A stretch of 20,000 nt of DNA from an uncultured virus (IMG/VR IMGVR_UViG_3300021963_007405) (Duplodnaviria > Heunggongvirae > Uroviricota > Caudoviricetes): the IMG/VR virus record IMGVR_UViG_3300021963_007405; one strand, written 5' to 3'. Positions 8,266-14,815 of the stretch are shown here, in pieces. The notes beneath the pieces were generated by a model. That model was given only the letters and a program-made list of their open reading frames with translations. It had not been told where the DNA came from and searched no databases. A program made the position numbers and the translations under genes. Every line of letters begins with the position of its first letter. Positions within the stretch are counted from its first letter, which is position 1.

Positions 8266-9325
8266 CGCATTATCTTTTGGTAATGTTTCTATAAATATTC
8301 TTCGTGAATTGTATAAGAAGAATATAGATTTGATCTTTTTTCCTATTGGAGATAAAGCTGAACTAGAAGCTTACGATAAGATCGATGCAGATTTTATTAA
8401 ATATCTTCAATCTGCCACCAACAGTAGATATGAAAAAATTGACAGAAACACTCCTTCTTTAAAGTTATGGCATATCTTTGGAAGCGAAACTAGGTACGCT
8501 AAAAATCAATCTCTATTCACTTTTCATGAAGTATCTGAAGTTACGGCGATTGAAAAAAATCTATTAAGTCTACAAGACAGAGTATTTGTAAGTTCAAATT
8601 ATACAAAAAACATTTTTGAATTGAATGGAATTCAAAATGTTACTTATGTTCCATTAGGTTTTGATAATGATTTTCATGTAACCAATAGAATTTATCTTCA
8701 AGATAAAATTCATTTTGGAATTCTTGGTAAGTTTGAAAGTAGAAAAAATACTGCTCGTATTATTAAAACATGGCTAAAACTTTTTGGAAATAATTCTAAA
8801 TATCAACTAAGTTGTGCCATCACAAATCCATTTTTAGACAAAGCTAAATTTCAGAATGAAATGTTAAAGCTTCTGGAAGGAAAGCATTACAATAATTTAA
8901 ACTTCATTCCATATATGCAAACAAATAGTGAAGTCAATGATTATTTAAATAGTATTGATATAGATCTTGGCGGATTGAGTGGGGCAGAAGGCTGGAATCT
9001 ACCATCATTCAATGCCACTGCGCTTGGCAAGTGGAGCATTGTAATGAACGTAACAGCACACAAAGACTGGGCCACCAGTAGTAACAGTATACTTATTGAA
9101 CCATCTAGCCTTAAAGATTGCTATGATGGAGTATTCTTTAATAAAGGACAAGCTTTCAATCAAGGACAGTTCTTCGATATTACTGATCAAGAAATTGAAA
9201 ACGCTATTCTTAAATCTGTTTCATACGCTAAAACTCCAAATCCAGAAGGATTAAAACTTCAAAAACAGTTTACTTATGAAAAGACAGTTGAGACAATCCT
9301 ATGTGCCATAAGTAGTCAGATGTGA
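8237..9325 (+). CDS. GT-B fold glycosyltransferase (GT4-like)
   Basis: FVSSNY, YVPLGFD, GKFESRKN and SGAEGWNLPSFNATALGK motifs. Confidence 0.8.
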   Translation: MKLLVNAPINALSFGNVSINILRELYKKNIDLIFFPIGDKAELEAYDKIDADFIKYLQSATNSRYEKIDRNTPSLKLWHIFGSETRYAKNQSLFTFHEVSEVTAIEKNLLSLQDRVFVSSNYTKNIFELNGIQNVTYVPLGFDNDFHVTNRIYLQDKIHFGILGKFESRKNTARIIKTWLKLFGNNSKYQLSCAITNPFLDKAKFQNEMLKLLEGKHYNNLNFIPYMQTNSEVNDYLNSIDIDLGGLSGAEGWNLPSFNATALGKWSIVMNVTAHKDWATSSNSILIEPSSLKDCYDGVFFNKGQAFNQGQFFDITDQEIENAILKSVSYAKTPNPEGLKLQKQFTYEKTVETILCAISSQM

Positions 9326-9388
9326 CGTATACTGTGCCATAAATACTCTAAAACGTCTTAAAATACGCTTTAAAAGCATATAAAAAGT

Positions 9389-9404
9389 TGGCACGATTCT
9401 TGCT
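9389..9404 (+). promoter_or_regulatory. sigma54 (RpoN)-type -24/-12 promoter for hsp20
   Basis: TGGCACGATTCTTGCT is an exact match to TGGCAC-N5-TTGCW, with GG at 9390-9391 and GC at 9402-9403; predicted +1 near 9415, ATG at 9419. Confidence 0.8.
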
Positions 9405-9418
9405 ATACATCAATTACT

Positions 9419-9697
9419 ATGTACAATAGATTATATTATAAATACACTGTCAATGAAGAAGGCATTAACATCAACATTGAACTAGCTGGCAAATCCAAAG
9501 AAGACATTAAGATCTTTAAGGAATACGATGCTATTATAGTTAAAGTTGATGATAAAAAGTATACAATAACATACGACGATTTTGTTCATAAATCTAAGTA
9601 TGATTATGATGCAATAAAAGCTAAAATGAAAAACGGTTTACTAACAATCACTGTTCCGAAAAATAAAAAACTGGAACAACAAATACAAATAGAATAA
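9419..9697 (+). CDS. Small heat-shock protein (Hsp20/alpha-crystallin domain), minimal
   Basis: INIELAGKSKEDIKI, IKAKMKNGLLTITVPK and a C-terminal IxI motif (QIQIE). Confidence 0.9.
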   Translation: MYNRLYYKYTVNEEGININIELAGKSKEDIKIFKEYDAIIVKVDDKKYTITYDDFVHKSKYDYDAIKAKMKNGLLTITVPKNKKLEQQIQIE

Positions 9698-9703
9698 ATA
9701 AAC

Positions 9704-9739
9704 AAAGCGCAGCCTAAAAACTGCGCTTTAATTTTTTTT
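9704..9739. terminator. Intrinsic terminator, probably bidirectional, between convergent modules
   Basis: Stem AAAGCGCAG (9704-9712) / CTGCGCTTT (9721-9729) with an 8-nt loop, followed by a T-run on + and preceded by A-rich sequence (U-rich on -). Confidence 0.88.
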
Positions 9740-10670
9740 ATAAGCCGAATCTGCTTTTAGTCGCATTATAGTTTTGCAGTATTTCTGTAGCAGTTAAATT
9801 TTTATTATATAATTGTAAAATTGCTATATTACCTGAAAAATAACTTGTTGATGTTCCAGCCCCATCTCTTCCTAAATTAAAAGGATTGTCATTTACTCCA
9901 TTCGAAGTATTCGCTGATAATTGAGATCCTACCTGTATTCCATTCAAATAAGCAGTTATATAACTTATATTTGTATTTGTACTAAAATAAAAATTTCCAC
10001 TTGTTGTTACTGGGCTAGCCGCTGTTATAGTAAATGTATTTGATCCTGTTACTGTTACAATATAACTTCCAGATGTTGCAGCGCCTGATGTGAAAAATAT
10101 ACTGATAGTATTTCCAGTAATGATTGTAACTGGATAAGTTGTTGTACAAGTTATCGTGGTCGTGCCTGACTGTGTGTAACTTCCAGTATTGGGCCTACCA
10201 ATATCAGCAACTAAACATGCATTATACCAAGTATTTGCAGCAATAGTAGTTCCTCTATTACCATATGCTATAAAATTTAAACTAGAATTATTCTGATAAA
10301 ATCCATATTCAATAGAATTATCAGAAAATATCATTTTATTTAAACCACCTGTACTTATTGTTGACGTTTTAAACCAAATACTTGCAGAAGTGTAACTTCT
10401 ATAACTAAGAGCAGCATCTGTACCATCAGGATTCCAATTATTTAAAATAGTACCACTTCTTAAATTTATGTAATCGTCTACACCATCAAATACAATAGAT
10501 CCTCCATTCGCACTACTAAAAGATGGCCCGTTAACAAGTGTTCCACTATTTCCATTGCCAGTCATGTCTTTCCAAGACGTTCCGCTGCCAATATAACTAT
10601 TTATATCAGCCGCATCTAAATCCAAAACTAATCCAGATTTTATAATACTTGGTCCTAATTTTGCCGCCAT
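9738..10670 (-). CDS. LamG/concanavalin-A-like lectin domain virion protein with a Thr-rich inserted domain
   Basis: GLVLDLDAA..SY.GSGTSWKD, FDGVDDY, IWFK, NTWY, YLNG and LYNKNLT..EILQNYNA motifs. Confidence 0.85.
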   Translation of the reverse strand: MAAKLGPSIIKSGLVLDLDAADINSYIGSGTSWKDMTGNGNSGTLVNGPSFSSANGGSIVFDGVDDYINLRSGTILNNWNPDGTDAALSYRSYTSASIWFKTSTISTGGLNKMIFSDNSIEYGFYQNNSSLNFIAYGNRGTTIAANTWYNACLVADIGRPNTGSYTQSGTTTITCTTTYPVTIITGNTISIFFTSGAATSGSYIVTVTGSNTFTITAASPVTTSGNFYFSTNTNISYITAYLNGIQVGSQLSANTSNGVNDNPFNLGRDGAGTSTSYFSGNIAILQLYNKNLTATEILQNYNATKSRFGL

Positions 10671-10673
10671 AAA

Positions 10674-10946
10674 TTATATAATTTCAGGATTTGGATCGCT
10701 CCATTCTGGCGTAGATAATATGACTAGTATTTCTTCGTATGTATATGGACCTTCTTTTGTAGTTAAATTATTTACACACTGCGGCATATCGCCATCCCAT
10801 TTGACTAAAGTTTTGTTACCATCGACACTTTTGCGAACAGTGTCGGCGGAAGTTTCTTGCACTTGTGTAAAATCTATGATATTTAATTCACTAACATTAA
10901 AGATCATGAATTTTCTATTGTCGTATATTGATAAAATTTCTTCCAT
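10674..10946 (-). CDS. Hypothetical acidic phage protein (~90 aa) embedded in the LamG array
   Basis: The track ORF starts at 11000 and overlaps the upstream gene; the ATG at 10946 (MEEILSIYDNRKF...) lies 4 nt after the upstream stop, matching the local gene spacing. Confidence 0.7.
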   Translation of the reverse strand: MEEILSIYDNRKFMIFNVSELNIIDFTQVQETSADTVRKSVDGNKTLVKWDGDMPQCVNNLTTKEGPYTYEEILVILSTPEWSDPNPEII

Positions 10947-10950
10947 AATA

Positions 10951-11658
10951 TTATAATCCAAATCTTGTTTTTGTTGCGTTATAGTTTTGTAATACTTCAC
11001 TTAAAGATAAAGTTTTATTATAAATTCTACAAATTGATCCAAGTCCCTGCCATGAAAAATACCCACCTGCGGATGAAAAATAACCACCCAAAATTCTAGT
11101 TGTAGTAAATGTAGTCGAAACAGCTGTTGATAATGTTTGTCTTAAACTACCATTCAAATAAAATGATATATTTCTAGAACTATCAACCGTAAAAATGATA
11201 TGCGCCCATTGATTTGATATATTATAATCTGTTATTGCATTAAAATTATTGAAAGTTGCATTATTTTCTCTAAATGAAGGTCTCCAATTTGCACCTGTAG
11301 TATTAAGATGTTCTATCAATAACCAAGGGTTTGTTGAACCTCTACCCATTAAACTATGGAATGTAGCTGCTGGGGTGGTACGATTTTTAATCCAAAATTC
11401 AAATGAATATGTTGCTGTATCAGCAAATGTAATTGATGTACATGTTAAATAATTTGGATCTGTAACAGAAGTTACATTTGTATCAAAAGAATAAGGCCAT
11501 TGATTAAAAAATGAAACATTAGATAATGTACCATTATTATTATTACCACTTAAATCATACCAACTAGTACCTATGCCTGAGTAACTGTTTCTATCAGCAG
11601 CATCCAACGCTAATACCAAACCATTTCTTACTATTTTTGGTCCTCTTATTATTGCCAT
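10951..11658 (-). CDS. LamG/concanavalin-A-like lectin domain virion protein
   Basis: GPKIVRNGLVLALDAADRNSY, WYDLSGN, YSFEFWIK, QWAHI, YLNG and RIYNKTLS..EVLQNYNA motifs. Confidence 0.87.
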   Translation of the reverse strand: MAIIRGPKIVRNGLVLALDAADRNSYSGIGTSWYDLSGNNNNGTLSNVSFFNQWPYSFDTNVTSVTDPNYLTCTSITFADTATYSFEFWIKNRTTPAATFHSLMGRGSTNPWLLIEHLNTTGANWRPSFRENNATFNNFNAITDYNISNQWAHIIFTVDSSRNISFYLNGSLRQTLSTAVSTTFTTTRILGGYFSSAGGYFSWQGLGSICRIYNKTLSLSEVLQNYNATKTRFGL

Positions 11659-11659
11659 A

Positions 11660-12385
11660 TTATAATCCGAATCTTGATTTTGAGGCGTTATAGTTTTGAA
11701 GTATTTCTGATGCTCTTAATGCTCTATTATAAAATTGAACAGCATAAAAATTTCCCAAAAATGAACTACTTGTACTAGAACTTCCCAAATAAAAATTATC
11801 TGTATTTGTTATATTGTTTGCAGCGGTTAAATTACCAGATGTATATAATGCTCCATCTTTGTATCCATAATATTTTGTAGCATCGTGACTTATAACATAT
11901 TGATGTATTATTTGATCTCCAGCACCAGAAACAGTTTCAGATGGAAATTGAAAAAATGCTTTGTTCGTAGATGATGGATCTGGACCATTCCAAAGATATG
12001 TATATACGCCACCAATTCTATTTTTATAAAACCACACACTATTTTTTGTAAAAACGGCTGTATCAATTTTATAAAAAATAGGATAATTGGTAATATTATT
12101 CGCAGCAGGACTTGTATTTTTAATATAAAAACATATTGTAAATTGAGTATTTAATGCATCTAAAATAACAGAATTATGTGGTATTGTTATAGTATCATCT
12201 ATACCATCAAATATTATATTTCCACCATTGCTTGCACTAAAAACAGGACTATTGATTAAAGTTCCATTATAATTATTACCACTTAAATCTTTCCAACTTG
12301 TTCCACTTCCTATATAACTATTTCTATCTCCAGCATCTAATGCTAGAATTAATCCATTCGTTACTATTTTAGGTCCATAGTTCAC
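11660..12385 (-). CDS. LamG/concanavalin-A-like lectin domain virion protein (GTG start)
   Basis: GPKIVTNGLILALDAGDRNSY, WKDLSGN, FDGIDD, YKDG and FYNRAL..SEILQNYNA motifs. Confidence 0.87.
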   Translation of the reverse strand: MNYGPKIVTNGLILALDAGDRNSYIGSGTSWKDLSGNNYNGTLINSPVFSASNGGNIIFDGIDDTITIPHNSVILDALNTQFTICFYIKNTSPAANNITNYPIFYKIDTAVFTKNSVWFYKNRIGGVYTYLWNGPDPSSTNKAFFQFPSETVSGAGDQIIHQYVISHDATKYYGYKDGALYTSGNLTAANNITNTDNFYLGSSSTSSSFLGNFYAVQFYNRALRASEILQNYNASKSRFGL

Positions 12386-12395
12386 TCAAACATTA

Positions 12396-12401
12396 TTACA
12401 C
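12396..12401 (-). promoter_or_regulatory. Candidate phage late-promoter motif GTGTAA
   Basis: GTGTAA 10 nt upstream of the 12385 start, heading a minus-strand gene block; the same hexamer precedes the 14792 and 19471 starts. Confidence 0.5.
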
Positions 12402-12450
12402 CAAATTTAAGAAATTCTTTAAAAATTTATATATTTAAGATATCATAAAT

Positions 12451-12843
12451 ATGGTTTATCAATTCAGAAATAAAAAGAATGGCAAGATTGTAGACATCGT
12501 TATGTCTATGAAGGATTATAAGCCATATCGCGGCGAAAATGGAAACGAAGATTTTTGGGAGCGTATCTATGATGTTCCTCAAGTAAATCTAGGAGACGCT
12601 AAAGTTGTTGATCCATTTGATAACAAAGCATTTGTAAATAAAACTGGAAACATGAAAGGTAAGTACGGCGATCTTCTTGATTATTCTTCAGAACTGTCTG
12701 ATCGACGAGCAGCTTTAGCTGGCGGCGAAGATCCTCTTAAGCGCAAATATTTTGATGATTATAAAAAGAAAACAAATGGCAAAAAGCATTTAAAAGATAT
12801 TCCTAAGAAAATTGAAACAAAGAGCGCAACAATTGAATTTTAA
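12451..12843 (+). CDS. Hypothetical protein; N-terminus resembles an FmdB-type ribbon domain lacking cysteines
   Basis: MVYQFRNKKNGKIVDIVMSMKD...WERIYDVPQV resembles the M(P)xYeYxCxxCg..fe......ri.s.p pattern without the Cys ligands. Confidence 0.6.
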   Translation: MVYQFRNKKNGKIVDIVMSMKDYKPYRGENGNEDFWERIYDVPQVNLGDAKVVDPFDNKAFVNKTGNMKGKYGDLLDYSSELSDRRAALAGGEDPLKRKYFDDYKKKTNGKKHLKDIPKKIETKSATIEF

Positions 12844-13943
12844 GTTAGCCTAGCCGCGCCACTTATTCTCATTCCATCTGTTTCAAAAATCTTAAATGAG
12901 AATTTAGATTGAAAAGTCATATTATCTCCAATAGATAAATCAAAAGATTGATCTTCTATTCTTGCATTTAAAATTTCAACTCTTAAACCAGTCGCGCCAT
13001 TATAATTTTTTAAATTAAACGTTAAATCATAATCAGTATCATTTTCAAAAATACTGCTAAAGTCTCCTGTTACTGGTTCATCGAAAATTCCATTGAAGCT
13101 TACCGTGCCAATCAATGGAAACATAATTCTTTTATCGTATGGATAATTGCTTCCAAACCCAAGTAAATCTCTTCTTTCAATTGGAACGTCTATTTGTAAA
13201 GAAGATATAGTTGCTGGCACATCTCCAGAATATCGTATACCTCCCATAAATGTTTGTGGCAATTGAAGATTTATATCTCCAGGTCTTATAGCTGATGGTC
13301 TAGAGCTTTGATTAGATAGATAGTTCGATGGAGTCATATTAGCTCCAGTCAGCAAATACTTTTGTGTTGATTTTATTCCATTTGTTAAATTGATTGCTGG
13401 AACTTCGCTTCCATTTGTTCCAGTTCCATTATAAGTTTGAAAAGTCATATTCAAACAAGCAAAAGAAGTAGAAACAGTTGGCACTGATCCAACCTCCGCA
13501 GATAAAGAATAATTAGTTAAAAAAGTATTGCCAACAGCAAATATATCATTACCAACCATATTAGTTAATGTATCCGCATCCTGATTATTGGTATCAGTTA
13601 AAATAAAAAATAAATTCTTATCTTGACCAGTAACTGCCATATTTTTTAAGAAAGACTCGTTGCCAGTAGCATTCAATCCTAAAAGCAATTCATTAGAGTT
13701 ATCAGAAACAAGATAATTTAAATTAACAGAAATCTCTGGAATAGTAATATATTTTTCAAACGCAAAATCAGAACTGCCAATTTGTTTTGGTCTAGTTATA
13801 GGATTACTTATAGATATACTAGTTGATTGAACTCTTTTTAATAATTTCAAAGATTTAGTTCCAGTTTGTCCACTCCAAGATGGCGAATCTGAAACTAATA
13901 CATCTGTTCCTGCATATATTACTCTATTTCTAGTAATTGGCAT
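12840..13943 (-). CDS. Putative tail-tube-like structural protein with an internal two-domain repeat
   Basis: Beta-rich 367-aa protein in the tail module; two similar segments, VQSTSISISNPITRPKQIGS...PEISVNLNY and ISSLQIDVPIERRDLLGFGS...PLIGTVSFNG. Function inferred only. Confidence 0.5.
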   Translation of the reverse strand: MPITRNRVIYAGTDVLVSDSPSWSGQTGTKSLKLLKRVQSTSISISNPITRPKQIGSSDFAFEKYITIPEISVNLNYLVSDNSNELLLGLNATGNESFLKNMAVTGQDKNLFFILTDTNNQDADTLTNMVGNDIFAVGNTFLTNYSLSAEVGSVPTVSTSFACLNMTFQTYNGTGTNGSEVPAINLTNGIKSTQKYLLTGANMTPSNYLSNQSSRPSAIRPGDINLQLPQTFMGGIRYSGDVPATISSLQIDVPIERRDLLGFGSNYPYDKRIMFPLIGTVSFNGIFDEPVTGDFSSIFENDTDYDLTFNLKNYNGATGLRVEILNARIEDQSFDLSIGDNMTFQSKFSFKIFETDGMRISGAARLT

Positions 13944-13946
13944 ATA

Positions 13947-14792
13947 TTAAATTATTGCACCACTAATAGCCGCCATCATCATATTCATATAAGGCATTCC
14001 TGAATTTATAGTTAATGTTGCGCCAGAACTTGTAATAGATCCTATATTATTAGATACAACTACATCATAAATACCAGCATCTTGTTCTTTAACATTTGTA
14101 AATACCAAGCTAGAATAAATTCCACTTACAATATCAGCGCCATCTTTTCTCCATTGATAATTTGGATTTGGAACTCCATTTGCTACAACATACATTTGAC
14201 CAAAATATCCCGAACTTAAAGAAAGATCGCTTGGCTGGGCCGTTATAACTGGCGCAGCAAAAGGAATTACTGTCAAAGAAGCTGATCCACTAACTGATCC
14301 TTGAGTATTAGAAACGCTCAATAGATAAGTCGCGGCATCATTATTTGTCACATTATTTATTGAATATGTATTACCAGTAGCTTCAGGTATAATTCCTGAA
14401 TTTTTATACCATTGATAAGTAAATTCTTTTGGATAACCATTAACAACGCCACTGAAAGTAACATTAGAATCTTGAACTACAGATTGAGAATTAGGATAAG
14501 AAGTAAAATATGGAGCTTTCAAACGTTTTTGCAATCCTAAATTTTTTAAGATAATAGCATTTACATATTCACTATCTTCTTCTTGAGTTAATCCAGCAGG
14601 CCATTGCGTCCAATCTGGCCCATCGATTTGCACATAACAACCATCAAACAATCCACCATTCGCATTAAATAATTCTGCCCATAAAGAAATGCCTCTATTA
14701 ATTCCCATTAAATTAATATCTCCAAATCGGCAATTTACTAATGCAACGTTTTTTTCGGCAGTTGGTTGAGTTTCGATTGTTATGATTTCCAT
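13947..14792 (-). CDS. Virion-associated protein with two tandem Ig-like (I-set-type) domains
   Basis: APYFTSYP...YQWYKN...DAATYLLSVSNTQGSV and APVITAQP...YQWRKDG...DAGIYDVVVSNNIGSITS. Confidence 0.88.
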   Translation of the reverse strand: MEIITIETQPTAEKNVALVNCRFGDINLMGINRGISLWAELFNANGGLFDGCYVQIDGPDWTQWPAGLTQEEDSEYVNAIILKNLGLQKRLKAPYFTSYPNSQSVVQDSNVTFSGVVNGYPKEFTYQWYKNSGIIPEATGNTYSINNVTNNDAATYLLSVSNTQGSVSGSASLTVIPFAAPVITAQPSDLSLSSGYFGQMYVVANGVPNPNYQWRKDGADIVSGIYSSLVFTNVKEQDAGIYDVVVSNNIGSITSSGATLTINSGMPYMNMMMAAISGAII

Positions 14793-14807
14793 AAATTATA
14801 TTATTGT

Positions 14808-14813
14808 TTACAC
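14808..14813 (-). promoter_or_regulatory. Candidate phage late-promoter motif GTGTAA
   Basis: Lies in the 23-nt intergenic gap, 15 nt upstream of the ATG at 14792. Confidence 0.5.
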
Positions 14814-14815
14814 TA

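Noticed and set aside
6974..9190. Minus-strand ORFs 6974-7288, 7758-7973 and 9005-9190
   Set aside because: They are antisense to the kinase, sigma and GT genes; their Phe/Leu/Ser-rich composition is typical of reverse-complement frames.
9340..9418. CIRCE/HrcA operator or sigma32 promoter upstream of hsp20
   Set aside because: There is no TTAGCACTC-N9-GAGTGCTAA and no CTTGAA/CCCCAT pair; the sigma54 consensus fits exactly instead.
10947..11000. N-terminal extension of the 108-aa ORF given in the track
   Set aside because: It overlaps the conserved C-terminus of the upstream LamG gene; the ATG at 10946 fits the local spacing pattern better.
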